From an uncultured Candidatus Saccharibacteria bacterium (lineage in GTDB: Bacteria; Patescibacteriota; Saccharimonadia; Saccharimonadales; Saccharimonadaceae), in contig CAURPQ010000003.1 in NCBI GenBank assembly GCA_963527005.1, positions 12,486 to 76,485 on the forward strand: a DNA stretch of 64,000 bases. The letters are read 5' to 3'. Under the pieces are notes generated by a model. That model saw only the letters and a program-made list of their open reading frames with translations, did no database searches and was not told the DNA's origin. Positions 36,277 to 46,625 of the stretch are shown in pieces; within the stretch, counting starts at the first letter, position 1, and each line of letters begins with the position of its first letter. A program made the translations under genes and the position numbers.

Positions 36277-37629
36277 TCAATACTTCTCCACCGCTGCCAC
36301 GAACTGCTCGCCGCGATCATTATAACTCTTAAACATATCGAAGCTAGCGGCGGCCGGACTGAGAATCACCACATCGCCAGGCTGCGCTAGACCCGCTGCC
36401 GCTTCGACGACTGTCGGCATCGGCGCCATTTCCAGCCGGACAGCCCGGCAAGATACCTCATTTTTATGTAAAATTTCGATAATTTCACTGGCATTAGCAC
36501 CGTTGACGATCACTGCCCGCATTTGCTGTCTGGCGATTTCCTGCGCTAATTCCGTATAGTCCGCACCCTTGTCAGAGCCGCCCAAAATCAAAATTTTTGG
36601 CTCCGTGAAAGATTTTAACGCGGCAATAGCGCTACCGGGCGTGGTCGAAATGCTATCATCGTAATATTTCACGCCGCTTTTCTCGGCGACGAATTTCAAA
36701 CGGTGCGGCAATCCTGTGAAGCTCTCCAGTCCAGCAGCAAATTGCTCATTAGTCACCGTAATCGGCAGTTCCGTCACCGCGCTCATCGCCGCGCAAGCAT
36801 TCTCTAGGTTGTGTGCGCCAGGCAAACGCAAATGGCTAATACTGCAAATCTGCCGATTTTGCACGCAAAAGTAGCCGTCCTGGACATAAACTTGGTCATC
36901 GTCGGGAATAGCGTAGCGCTGCGCGAAGTCCAGCGTATCGCCATGATTGTCGCCCGTATCTGGCAGCCTATCAAGCGGCACGGCAGCCACTTCCCGCGAA
37001 TATTTATTCGTTGGGTGATATAAACAGACATCAGCCAACTGCTGATGGCGGCGAATATTTTTCTTAGCATTGAGGTAGTCGACGAAGTCCGCGTGAACGT
37101 TCAAATGATCCGGCTCGATCATTAGCACTACCGCAATATGCGGCGACTTTTCTAGATCCCACAATTGAAAGCTAGACAATTCGTAAACGACAATGTCGGT
37201 TTTTTTAATCTTCGGCAAGACGTCCAGCGACGGCACGCCAATATTGCCGACCAGATGTACCGTTTGCCCGGCTTGCTGCAAAATCGAGGCAATCAAACTG
37301 CACGTCGTCCCCTTACCCTTCGTCCCTGTTACGCCAATAATCGGTGCTGGACACTTGTCGAAAAACTCGTTAGTCGCCGACCAAATTTTACCGTTGGTTT
37401 TTATATTACGCGGCGGCAAACTGGCCGTTCTCACCACCAAATCAGCATCGCCCAGCTGTTCGCTGAAGACGTTTTTGCCAGGAATCAGCTTCACGCCGTC
37501 CGGAATCGCCGGCAGTTTATCCGCCGGACGCTCGTCAGCCACCACAAACTCCGCGCCGGGAAATTTCTGCTGGAAATATACCAGATTTGATATACCTTCT
37601 ATGCCGTAACCAGCGATAATAATTTTCAT
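36277..37629 (-). CDS. murD: UDP-MurNAc-L-Ala--D-glutamate ligase
   Basis: GVTGTKGKGTT, GNIG, ELSSFQL, SPAAASFDMF..Y..RG..F. Confidence 0.96.
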   Translation of the reverse strand: MKIIIAGYGIEGISNLVYFQQKFPGAEFVVADERPADKLPAIPDGVKLIPGKNVFSEQLGDADLVVRTASLPPRNIKTNGKIWSATNEFFDKCPAPIIGVTGTKGKGTTCSLIASILQQAGQTVHLVGNIGVPSLDVLPKIKKTDIVVYELSSFQLWDLEKSPHIAVVLMIEPDHLNVHADFVDYLNAKKNIRRHQQLADVCLYHPTNKYSREVAAVPLDRLPDTGDNHGDTLDFAQRYAIPDDDQVYVQDGYFCVQNRQICSISHLRLPGAHNLENACAAMSAVTELPITVTNEQFAAGLESFTGLPHRLKFVAEKSGVKYYDDSISTTPGSAIAALKSFTEPKILILGGSDKGADYTELAQEIARQQMRAVIVNGANASEIIEILHKNEVSCRAVRLEMAPMPTVVEAAAGLAQPGDVVILSPAAASFDMFKSYNDRGEQFVAAVEKY

Positions 37630-37712
37630 ATGATTAGTATATCACAAAGCGACGAGGCTTGATTGCGAGCCTAAATTTGACCTATTCTACATACAATGTT
37701 ATAATTTCAAGC

Positions 37713-38372
37713 ATGAGTGAATATTTTACACCCCAACCAAGAGAAGACTTAACCAGCGAACAAGGTCCGATGACCTCAGAACCAGAATATAAACAAGAAC
37801 AATCGCCTACCAGGCTTATTAATTACCTGTGCGGGACATCTGACGGTAATATTGTGGCTGTTGTTAGAAATCCTAATATCAAAGAACCAAGCAGCTACAG
37901 AGAAGAACACGATGTTTACATCGGAACAGTAACCAACGGATTATACAAGGCTGAAATCACTAAATTCAGACGCTTTAGCGATGGAGGTACAACCAACATA
38001 GCCGTTCAGCGCACCTCGCCAGATGGCACAAAAGAAGATATAAGACTTCATTTTCCACACCCAGACGATCCTTTCAAAAGAGGGATACCGTACAAACCAG
38101 TTGAAGGTAAACAGCCAAGATTTAACGGCAAAAACATGACCGTACTTAACGAAAGAGAATGGACTGCAGTAGCCGACAAAGAAACTGGCACATTACAATT
38201 ACATGAAAATCCAGCTGCCAAAAATACAGAACCAGAACAGCCTAATCCAGCACAGCCAGCTTCTCCTGAAGCCGCAGTAGCAGATCTCTGTCGCCAGAGC
38301 TCACGCCAGCGAGGACGCGGACTTCTGAGTCGAGGAATTCTCTGGCTACTTGAATTATCTTCTCGGCGGTAA
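37713..38372 (+). CDS. Orphan protein with acidic/Pro-rich N-terminus and basic C-terminus
   Basis: TTGACC-N17-TATAAT-7nt-ATG; 3' end overlaps the convergent M16 gene. Confidence 0.72.
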   Translation: MSEYFTPQPREDLTSEQGPMTSEPEYKQEQSPTRLINYLCGTSDGNIVAVVRNPNIKEPSSYREEHDVYIGTVTNGLYKAEITKFRRFSDGGTTNIAVQRTSPDGTKEDIRLHFPHPDDPFKRGIPYKPVEGKQPRFNGKNMTVLNEREWTAVADKETGTLQLHENPAAKNTEPEQPNPAQPASPEAAVADLCRQSSRQRGRGLLSRGILWLLELSSRR

Positions 38373-39519
38373 TTGCCAAGATTGCCGCTGGCACGCCAGC
38401 ATAATCTTTGACAAAGTCGTCAGAAAAATATCGCCGGGTATAAAAGTTACTAATTTGCGCCACCGTTTGCGCGCCCATCTGGTAGCGCCCCAGGGCGTAC
38501 GACTTGGCAGCCTCGATATCTTCGGCAGCGATATCGCCATTTAATACCTTCTTCAGCTCGCGCACGATGATGTCAAATAGCACCTCCGCAGTCTCCAAAT
38601 TTACTTGGCCGCCAAAATCCCACGACGAATCATAAAATCCGACCGAAGTATCGCTAAACATTCCATAAACCAAGCCTTTTTTACGGGCCATACCCAGAAT
38701 CCGCGAACTCAGCGTTCCGGTCAAAATATGGTTCAGGCAGCCCATAGCATCCGACTCTTCGTTAGTTAGCTCGCGCGGCAGGCTTATTGACCAGCCAAAG
38801 TTCAAATTCGACGCTTCTTTACGGCGAATTAACAGAGGCCGCGCGCCGTGCAGCTCATCGCGAGGAATCGCAAATCGTTCGCCGGATTCCAATTGCCATT
38901 GCTCTAAAAAATCCTTAATAGCAGTCTTGCGGCCAGCCATTTTTCCAGCAATCACAAACCGCATATTGTTTAGCGTATGCGTCCGCCGATGATGCTCCTT
39001 GATATCTTTTATCGTTACGTTGTCCATTTTTTTCAGGCGCTGGCTATCTGTCAAAATATCCTCGCCCAAAGCTTGCTGCACCCGCAGCCATAATACGCGG
39101 CTGTGATTATTCAAATAGCCGGTTAATTCCGAGCGAACATTACCCTTCTCTGCTTCAAACGAGTCGCTAGTAAACCGCGGCGTAACAATCGCCAGCCGCT
39201 GCAATTCCAAAATCCGATCCCACTCAAAATCCGCGCAAACCGCCTCGTACACCATGGAATAATCGGAGGTATAGGCATTGTGGTAAGCGCCGTTCTTTAT
39301 AAATTCCTGCTCGTAGGCATGCTCCGAACGAAATTTCTCGTTTGCGCCAAACGCCATATGCTCCATCAAATGTGCTGTTTCATAAATCTCCTTATCCCGC
39401 ACGTAGCGGTCGCCTGCCCGAAACTGTACCTGAAAACTCATTACCGTGGCGTCTGGGACGTCGATTAACAGACCGCGCGCACCATTCTTCAGTTTAACTT
39501 CCTCAACTGTATGCTTCAT
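38242..39519 (-). CDS. M16 family zinc peptidase
   Basis: AHLMEHMAF (HxxEH); NAYTS. Confidence 0.92.
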   Translation of the reverse strand: MKHTVEEVKLKNGARGLLIDVPDATVMSFQVQFRAGDRYVRDKEIYETAHLMEHMAFGANEKFRSEHAYEQEFIKNGAYHNAYTSDYSMVYEAVCADFEWDRILELQRLAIVTPRFTSDSFEAEKGNVRSELTGYLNNHSRVLWLRVQQALGEDILTDSQRLKKMDNVTIKDIKEHHRRTHTLNNMRFVIAGKMAGRKTAIKDFLEQWQLESGERFAIPRDELHGARPLLIRRKEASNLNFGWSISLPRELTNEESDAMGCLNHILTGTLSSRILGMARKKGLVYGMFSDTSVGFYDSSWDFGGQVNLETAEVLFDIIVRELKKVLNGDIAAEDIEAAKSYALGRYQMGAQTVAQISNFYTRRYFSDDFVKDYAGVPAAILAITAEKIIQVAREFLDSEVRVLAGVSSGDRDLLLRLQEKLAVLD

Positions 39520-39551
39520 CTATTCTGCTCCTTAATTGTCTATTGCCTGAA

Positions 39552-42182
39552 TTATCTGCGATGTTTTTTACGATTTTGGCGCTGAGCTTTCTTTTTCTTG
39601 CGCGCTTGATTCTTAGCACGGTTTGACTCGGCGCTTGATTTGCCTTTTTTCACTGAAAAGTCGTCGTCGCGATTTTCCTCGCCCGCACCAAGCTCATTAA
39701 CACCGCGTTCCACCGCGTTCTCTGCCAAGCGCGTTAATTCCGTGTCGTATTCATCATCCTGCGACTGGCGAACCACCGCATCGGCCTCATGAATATTGAA
39801 GATGACCGTCAAAACTTCGTCGCGCAAATTAGCCTGCAAACTTTCAAACAACTTTTGCGACTCCGAACGATATTCCACCAACGGATCGCGCTGGCCGACA
39901 CTGCGCCAGTGAATACCCTCGCGCAGGTGCTGCATATTCTCCAAATGCTGCATCCATAAGGTATCCAGCACCGCCATATAAACCTCGCGCTCCACGCCGC
40001 GCAAATTATCCGCGCCAATTTCAGACTCTTTCGCTGCATATGTCTCCTCAGCCAGCTTCAGCGCCTTTTCATAGCGCAGCCTATCTTTCTTCTCTTTGCC
40101 AATTTTCGAAATTTTTGCCTCGTCAACTGGGAAAGTAGCTATAAAATCTTCGACAAACTTCGGATTATTCTTAGTTGGCAGCGCTGCCAATTCGTGAACT
40201 TTCGCTCGCAGCAAGCGTTCAATCTCCGGCTTAATGTTATCGCCCTCCAAGATCTTGCGGCGCATGACATACACCACGCGGCGGTGGCGATTAATCACGT
40301 TGTCATACTGAACAACACTTTTGCGCGTATCAAAGTTGTAACCCTCGACACGCTTCTGAGCTGCCTCCAAAGTTTTCGATACGGCGCGGTTTTGAATCGG
40401 CGTATCTTCGTCCACGCCCAGCCGATCCATCAGCGCCGCAATGCGCTCGCCTTGGAAAATTCGCATCAAATCATCTTCGGTAGATACATAAAACTGCGTC
40501 TCACCCGGGTCGCCCTGACGACCGCCGCGGCCGCGCAGCTGATTGTCAATGCGGCGTGACTCGTGCCGCTCTGAACCGATCACCACCAAACCGCCCAATT
40601 CCTTGACGCCCTTGCCGAGCTTAATGTCGGTACCACGTCCAGCAATGTTTGTCGCCAGTGTGATGGCGCCCTTTTCACCAGCCTTCTCAATGATAGCCGC
40701 CTCGCGCTCATTATTCTTGGCGTTCAAAATCTCAAACTTGATGCCCTCTTTTTCCAGATATTTGGCAATCTGCTCGTTCTTGGCAATCGAGCCAGAACCA
40801 ACCAGCACTGGCCGGCCTTGCTTGTGATAATCCTTGATGGCTTCAGCAACTGCCTTCAACTTGCCCTTTTCAGTCTTGAAAATCAGGTCTTCTTTATCGT
40901 CGCGAATCACTGGCTTGTTCGGCGGAATTTGGATGACATCCAGTGAATAAATTTGTTGAAACTCCTCAGCTTCGGTGAACGCCGTACCAGTCATACCACT
41001 CAATTTATTGTACAAACGGAAATAATTCTGGAACGAAATAGTCGCCAGCGTCATGCTTTCTTCCAGCACTGGCACGCCCTCTTTGGCCTCAATAGCCTGG
41101 TGTAAACCTTCGTTGTAACGGCGTCCTTGCATCAAACGACCGGTGTGTTCATCGACGATGATCACCTCGCCGTCATTGGTCACCACGTAATCTTTGTCAC
41201 GCTTGAACAATGTTTGTGCTCGTAGGGCTTGGTCCATGTGATACACACTGCGCACGTGGTCTGGCGTGTACAAATTTTTTATACCCAACAGTTTTTGGAC
41301 TTTCTCCACACCCTCGTCAGTCAAGGCCACACTGCGGCGCTTTTCGTCCAAAACATAGTCCTCTGGTACTAATTTACTGGCAACTTTGGCAAAAGTGTAG
41401 TAATTGTCTGGGTTCTCCGCTGCTGGTGCCGAGATGATCAGCGGCGTACGCGCCTCATCGATCAAAATTGAGTCCACCTCGTCAACGATGGCGAAGTTCA
41501 GCTCGCGCTGCCTGAGCAAATCAACGTCGTTAACCATGTTGTCGCGCAGATAGTCAAAGCCAAATTCATTGTTAGTGCCGTACGTAATGTCGGCAGCATA
41601 GGCTTCTTTACGAGTGACCGGACGGAGCTTGCGCATACGCGGATCGTCGTGATGCTCATTATCATAGTCTTTATCATAGACAAATGACGCCTCGTTGATA
41701 ATCACGCCAGTCGTCAAGCCCAAAAAGTCATACACCTGGCCCATCCAGCCAGCGTCACGCTGCGCCAGATAGTCGTTGACAGTCACCACGTGAACACCCT
41801 TGCCTTCCAGTGCGTTGAGATAGGTCGGCAGCGTCGCCACCAGGGTCTTACCTTCACCGGTCTTCATCTCGGCAACATTGCCCTCATGAAGAACCATGCC
41901 GCCGATTAGCTGAACATCATACGGACGCTCGCCGATGACGCGCTTGGCTGACTCGCGCACCACCGCAAAGGCATCCGGCAAAATTGTGTCCAGCGTTACA
42001 TTTTTCTTTGCCAAGCGCTTTTTCAGCAACTCGGTCTGCGCTTGCAGCTCCTTATCTGACAGTTTTTCATATTTTTCAGACAGACCATTAATTACGTCAA
42101 CTTGCTTCTGCAGCCGCTTCAAAATCTTCTTCTGCGGATCGCCAAAAATCTTACTCAGCGCCTTTTGTTGTGTCATTGCCAT
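39552..42182 (-). CDS. secA: Preprotein translocase SecA
   Basis: MKTGEGKT, IVDEVDSILIDEARTPLIIS, QLRGRGGRQGDPG. Confidence 0.98.
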   Translation of the reverse strand: MAMTQQKALSKIFGDPQKKILKRLQKQVDVINGLSEKYEKLSDKELQAQTELLKKRLAKKNVTLDTILPDAFAVVRESAKRVIGERPYDVQLIGGMVLHEGNVAEMKTGEGKTLVATLPTYLNALEGKGVHVVTVNDYLAQRDAGWMGQVYDFLGLTTGVIINEASFVYDKDYDNEHHDDPRMRKLRPVTRKEAYAADITYGTNNEFGFDYLRDNMVNDVDLLRQRELNFAIVDEVDSILIDEARTPLIISAPAAENPDNYYTFAKVASKLVPEDYVLDEKRRSVALTDEGVEKVQKLLGIKNLYTPDHVRSVYHMDQALRAQTLFKRDKDYVVTNDGEVIIVDEHTGRLMQGRRYNEGLHQAIEAKEGVPVLEESMTLATISFQNYFRLYNKLSGMTGTAFTEAEEFQQIYSLDVIQIPPNKPVIRDDKEDLIFKTEKGKLKAVAEAIKDYHKQGRPVLVGSGSIAKNEQIAKYLEKEGIKFEILNAKNNEREAAIIEKAGEKGAITLATNIAGRGTDIKLGKGVKELGGLVVIGSERHESRRIDNQLRGRGGRQGDPGETQFYVSTEDDLMRIFQGERIAALMDRLGVDEDTPIQNRAVSKTLEAAQKRVEGYNFDTRKSVVQYDNVINRHRRVVYVMRRKILEGDNIKPEIERLLRAKVHELAALPTKNNPKFVEDFIATFPVDEAKISKIGKEKKDRLRYEKALKLAEETYAAKESEIGADNLRGVEREVYMAVLDTLWMQHLENMQHLREGIHWRSVGQRDPLVEYRSESQKLFESLQANLRDEVLTVIFNIHEADAVVRQSQDDEYDTELTRLAENAVERGVNELGAGEENRDDDFSVKKGKSSAESNRAKNQARKKKKAQRQNRKKHRR

Positions 42183-42306
42183 AAACTCAAAACTCCCTCA
42201 CTTTCAGGCATTTTCAAAAACTATGTATTATTATAGCGTTTTTTGAATAATTTGAAAAGAAAAAGCGCCCAGAAAGTGAGCGCTTCATACCGACTTCAGC
42301 CAACAA

Positions 42307-42678
42307 TTATTTCCGGCTCAATCCTCGCTTCAACTTAGCCAAAACCCCGCGGCTGCTGCCGACGTGCGTTAAAACGTCATCCTTATACTTTCTCACCTGT
42401 CCGTTTAATTTCGCCTCAACGATATCCACTGCCGCCAGCACGTTCATTGTCGAATCTTTGGCAGTAATTTTCTTATCTGGCACGTTAATAATCACCTCAA
42501 CCTCATACTTGTTGCCGCCAGGATTATCAATCTGCTTAATCTTCACGTCAGCGGTCGCGCTCTTGCGGGCATGCCGCGGCAAATATTTGCCCAGCGCGCC
42601 GATTTTTCGCTCGACATATTTTTTCGTCGTGTCTGTCAATTCGTATTTGACGCCGGTAATGGTAATATTTTTAATCAT
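42307..42678 (-). CDS. hpf: Ribosome hibernation promoting factor (short HPF/RaiA)
   Basis: ITG....LT.....YVE.KI..L.KY; AAVD....KL..Q.RKYK. Confidence 0.88.
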   Translation of the reverse strand: MIKNITITGVKYELTDTTKKYVERKIGALGKYLPRHARKSATADVKIKQIDNPGGNKYEVEVIINVPDKKITAKDSTMNVLAAVDIVEAKLNGQVRKYKDDVLTHVGSSRGVLAKLKRGLSRK

Positions 42679-42692
42679 GGTTCCTCCTTTTA

Positions 42693-43121
42693 CTACGCAA
42701 GTGTAACATTCTCATGTTTTGCTATCTTTAGCAATTCTTCATGCATTATAGTTATTTTATCCTCAGTGCTTAGCTTTTCAAAATTCTTACTCACCAAGGC
42801 ACGGTTTGGTTTCTTGTAAATTACGGCGTATATTTCCTTAATGTCATTTGTCAGCGCTTCAACCTGCCACTCAAGCGTATCAAGACGGTCTTTTACGCCG
42901 TGCATATCTTGCTTCAAAGCGCTAACATCTTGCTTCAAAATACACACGTCCGATTCGAGAGACTCCAATCTCTTTTCAACCGAACCAAGCCTATCCTCGA
43001 TCCTATCAAACCGCTTGTCATGCTCGTCAAATCGCGGCAAAACAACGGTTTCCAAGACCTCGACCACGCCATCGGCGATCGCACCCTTGATCCATTGCTT
43101 GTCGTCATTAGTCAACGCCAT
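42693..43121 (-). CDS. Coiled-coil heptad-repeat hypothetical protein
   Basis: RFDEHDK-RFDRIED-RLGSVEK-RLESLES repeats; SD AGGAGG. Confidence 0.75.
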   Translation of the reverse strand: MALTNDDKQWIKGAIADGVVEVLETVVLPRFDEHDKRFDRIEDRLGSVEKRLESLESDVCILKQDVSALKQDMHGVKDRLDTLEWQVEALTNDIKEIYAVIYKKPNRALVSKNFEKLSTEDKITIMHEELLKIAKHENVTLA

Positions 43122-43139
43122 ATACCCTCCTAAGCCCTA

Positions 43140-44381
43140 TTATATCATCTCGCGGCCATTCATGTACGGACGAAGTACTTCCGGCACCGTCAAACTGCCG
43201 TCCTCGTTCTGGAAGTTTTCCAAAATCACCACCAATGACCGCGCCAATGAGACTGCCGTACCGTTCAAGGTGTGGACCGACTCAATGCTACCATCCGCTC
43301 GCCGCACCCGAATATTCAAGCCGCGCGCTTGATAATCCGTACAGTTTGAGCAACTCGTCAGCTCGCGGTAAGTCTGATCGACCGGTGACCAATATTCAAT
43401 ATCATACTTTTTGGCAGCTGGCGCGCCCAAGTCGCCCGCCGCGATATTCACCACGTGGTACGAAATACCAATTTGCTGCCACAATGCTTCCTCGACGCTG
43501 AGGATTTTTTCATGAATTTCCTTGGACTGCTCCGGCAGACAGAACGCGTACATTTCCAATTTGTTAAATTGGTGTACTCGGAATAGTCCACGGGTGTGTT
43601 TGCCGTACGTACCCGCTTCCTTGCGGTAGCATGGACTATATCCTGCGTAGAGCAGTGGCAAATCTTTCTCGTCCAAAATTTCATCAGCATGGTAGCCAGT
43701 CAGCGGCATTTCCGCCGTCCCAATCAGCGTCAAATCCTCGCCCTCAACCACATACTCATTACTACCTTCACCTTTTGGCGCAAAGCCGGCGCCTTCCGCT
43801 GTGCGCATATTCACCATATGCGGCACGGTCATGAACGTAAAGCCCTGCTTCGTCACATAATCCAGCGCAAACTGCGTCACAGCATTTTCTAGCAGCGCCA
43901 AGTCGCCCTTAAGATAGTAAAACTTTGCGCCAGCTACTTTTGCACCACGCTCAAAATCAACCCAGCCGCGACTGACAGCATAGTCCAAATGATCCTTGGC
44001 ACCCGTTTTATGCTCACCGTACGCCTTTATCTCAACCGAGTCTTCCTCACCACCAAGCGGCACATCATCAAAGGTGATGTTTGGCACGTTTTTCAGAATT
44101 GCGGCTACTTTTCCCTCGGTTGATTTTAAGTAGTTTTCACGTTCTGCCAACTCAATTTTTAGCTGTTTTCCCTGGTCAATCAGCTCCTGATCTGGGCGGC
44201 CGCCTTTCATCTTCGCTGAAATTGCATTCCGCTGTTCGCGCAATGTCTCAACTTGTTTTTGCAGATCGCGGCGCTCGTCATCCAATTGCAACATTGTTGC
44301 AATATCGACCGCATACCCCTTGTCATTTGCCGACTTTTGCACCAAATCAGCATTTTCTCGAATAAATTTGATATCTAGCAT
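43140..44381 (-). CDS. serS: Serine--tRNA ligase
   Basis: MLDIKFIREN, GTAE, RKEAG..G..TRGLFRVHQF.K.E, SCSNCTDYQAR. Confidence 0.98.
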   Translation of the reverse strand: MLDIKFIRENADLVQKSANDKGYAVDIATMLQLDDERRDLQKQVETLREQRNAISAKMKGGRPDQELIDQGKQLKIELAERENYLKSTEGKVAAILKNVPNITFDDVPLGGEEDSVEIKAYGEHKTGAKDHLDYAVSRGWVDFERGAKVAGAKFYYLKGDLALLENAVTQFALDYVTKQGFTFMTVPHMVNMRTAEGAGFAPKGEGSNEYVVEGEDLTLIGTAEMPLTGYHADEILDEKDLPLLYAGYSPCYRKEAGTYGKHTRGLFRVHQFNKLEMYAFCLPEQSKEIHEKILSVEEALWQQIGISYHVVNIAAGDLGAPAAKKYDIEYWSPVDQTYRELTSCSNCTDYQARGLNIRVRRADGSIESVHTLNGTAVSLARSLVVILENFQNEDGSLTVPEVLRPYMNGREMI

Positions 44382-44406
44382 GTCTTAATTATATAACAAC
44401 TTCTGC

Positions 44407-45246
44407 TTAAACGTGAGAGATTATACCTGCACCCAGCAGCCCTATTATCACCAGCCCCAGCACAAATCGATAAATTATAAACGAACGAAAATTATTGCTT
44501 TGGATAAACTTAAGCAGCCAGGACACTGCCGCATATCCCACGCCGAAAGAAACTACCGTGGCAATAATAGTTGATGTCCAACCGACGCCGCCAGAAATGT
44601 GCTTATATTTGGTGACGACCTCCAATAGTCCTGCCGCCATCAAAGCCGGAATTCCTAAGAAAAAGCTTAGCTTAGTGACCGACACGCGATCAAATCCGCG
44701 GAACAAACCAACAGAAATTGTCGCGCCAGAACGGCTGACTCCAGGAATCAGCGACAGACATTGTCCCATGCCAATCGCCAGCGTATCCTTCCGGTTCGTC
44801 TCGACTTCATTGCGCTTATTTTTTGCCGCCCGATTATCCGCCAGCCACATCACCACGCTCCAACCGATCAGCCCGATTGCCACAAACCACAAACTCCGAA
44901 GCACCGTCTCAACTTCATGTTTAAATAGCAAACCGACAACAGCGATGGGAATTGAACCGATAATAATCGCCCAGCCGTATTTATAATCAAACTTCCGGCG
45001 CGCTCGCTTCCACCACAGCCCGCACCACCAAGCTTGCAGAATTCGCAAAATATCGCTCCAGAAATAAATTACCGCCGCCAGAATTGCTCCAATTTGGATC
45101 ACCGCCGTAAACGCCACCACGCTCGGATCGTCAATTTTCATGCCCAGCAGCTTCTCGGCAATTGTCAAATGACCCGTCGAAGAAATCGGCAAGAACTCCG
45201 TAATACCTTCAACAATACCAAGGACAATCGCCTGCCACCAAGCCAC
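44407..45246 (-). CDS. uppP: Undecaprenyl-diphosphatase BacA
   Basis: GIVEGITEFLPISSTGH; PGVSRSGATI. Confidence 0.96.
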   Translation of the reverse strand: MAWWQAIVLGIVEGITEFLPISSTGHLTIAEKLLGMKIDDPSVVAFTAVIQIGAILAAVIYFWSDILRILQAWWCGLWWKRARRKFDYKYGWAIIIGSIPIAVVGLLFKHEVETVLRSLWFVAIGLIGWSVVMWLADNRAAKNKRNEVETNRKDTLAIGMGQCLSLIPGVSRSGATISVGLFRGFDRVSVTKLSFFLGIPALMAAGLLEVVTKYKHISGGVGWTSTIIATVVSFGVGYAAVSWLLKFIQSNNFRSFIIYRFVLGLVIIGLLGAGIISHV

Positions 45247-45293
45247 GCTTAAAAATTACCTTTCATCTTTCAAGTGTAGCATTAGCAGAACAA

Positions 45294-46625
45294 TCATTCA
45301 AATATTGTTTTGGTAGATTCAGCATCAATGTGCATATTTTCCGGTATACCCTCTTCGTAATATGAACGCGCCGGTCCGTTCACGTTAACGTTAATACTAG
45401 CTGGCGCATATATCTTAAAGTTGGCTAACGTGCTAAACACCCGGCAGCCGCCAAAGAACATCGTTCGCGGACATTCTTCATCGACGGACAATATTAGCCG
45501 GTCGCCGTCGCGGCGAGCTTTGATAGTCGGTTTTTTGACGCTTGGCAAGTTCAGATAACTAGCTTCGACTCGCAGCTTGTCGGAATCCGTGCGAACCACG
45601 CTGCCCATTGCGCCTTCAATTACAATTGATTTAACGCCGTTTGTATCCGGCATTCTAACGTCCATTTTCCTAGTCAAGTGTTGCGTTTCATAAGAAAATT
45701 CCGAGCCAGTCTGCATGCCAAAAACCCCAGCACCCGCCATACTCATAGAAATAACAATCGTTGCTGTAATCATCGCGATCATCGACACGCGGTTCATCGT
45801 CCACGTAAATACACTGCGCGCCAGCACCATTCCCAGCACTACCGCCGCGATGCCGCCAATCGCCAGCGAGAACCATAGTCCCCACGCCCACATTTGCGCA
45901 CTCAAACCATCAAGCAAATTAACTAACGAAATGCCAAACACCCCGCCAACAATCAGCCCAAACAACACAGTCAGAGTCATCAAGAAAATTAGCGCGCCGG
46001 CAGAGTAGCGGAAAATCTTAGCAACAACCATTGCCCCGCCGCCATCAGCTATTGCCGAAGTTTTATCAGCTGCCGTTCTTTTTAATGACGCCAAGGTCAC
46101 CGGCTCGCCGCGCATCCGTAACTTGTCCGACGCCGTTCGTGCTGGCGGCATTGACAGCCACATCACAACATAAATCAGTACCGCTGTACCAAACGTCATA
46201 AACGGCGAAATAATGGCAATTAACCGCACCCACAGCGGATTGATGTTAAAATACGCCGCCACGCCCGCACATACGCCACCGATAATCGCGTTATCTGGAT
46301 CGCGCATCAATTGTTTCGCTGGCTTATCATCAATATCTTTATCTTCTATATCATCAATCGCCTCGCTGGCATCATCCGAAAAATCGCGCGGCTCGCCCAT
46401 TTGTTTCTGCACCGCCAAAACGTCATCGTGGCTAATGACACCGTCCTTCGACACGCCGCGCTCCGCCAAAAGCTCCACCATTCGCGCCTCAATTTCCCGC
46501 ATAGCTTCTGGCTCGGCGTGCATGTTTTTCTGGATTAAATTCAGGTATTTTTCCAATGATTTTTTAGCATCAACCTCCACGCTAAATGGCGTTTTTGCCA
46601 AATGGATTCTGGTTATTTCTTTCAT
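45294..46625 (-). CDS. PspC-domain membrane protein
   Basis: LMRDPDNAIIGGVCAGVAAYF; EIEARMVELL N-domain. Confidence 0.88.
   Translation of the reverse strand: MKEITRIHLAKTPFSVEVDAKKSLEKYLNLIQKNMHAEPEAMREIEARMVELLAERGVSKDGVISHDDVLAVQKQMGEPRDFSDDASEAIDDIEDKDIDDKPAKQLMRDPDNAIIGGVCAGVAAYFNINPLWVRLIAIISPFMTFGTAVLIYVVMWLSMPPARTASDKLRMRGEPVTLASLKRTAADKTSAIADGGGAMVVAKIFRYSAGALIFLMTLTVLFGLIVGGVFGISLVNLLDGLSAQMWAWGLWFSLAIGGIAAVVLGMVLARSVFTWTMNRVSMIAMITATIVISMSMAGAGVFGMQTGSEFSYETQHLTRKMDVRMPDTNGVKSIVIEGAMGSVVRTDSDKLRVEASYLNLPSVKKPTIKARRDGDRLILSVDEECPRTMFFGGCRVFSTLANFKIYAPASINVNVNGPARSYYEEGIPENMHIDAESTKTIFE

Noticed and set aside
40700..41900. Apparent codon-style shift within secA suggesting a recombination mosaic
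   Set aside because: Impression only; needs strain alignments to support
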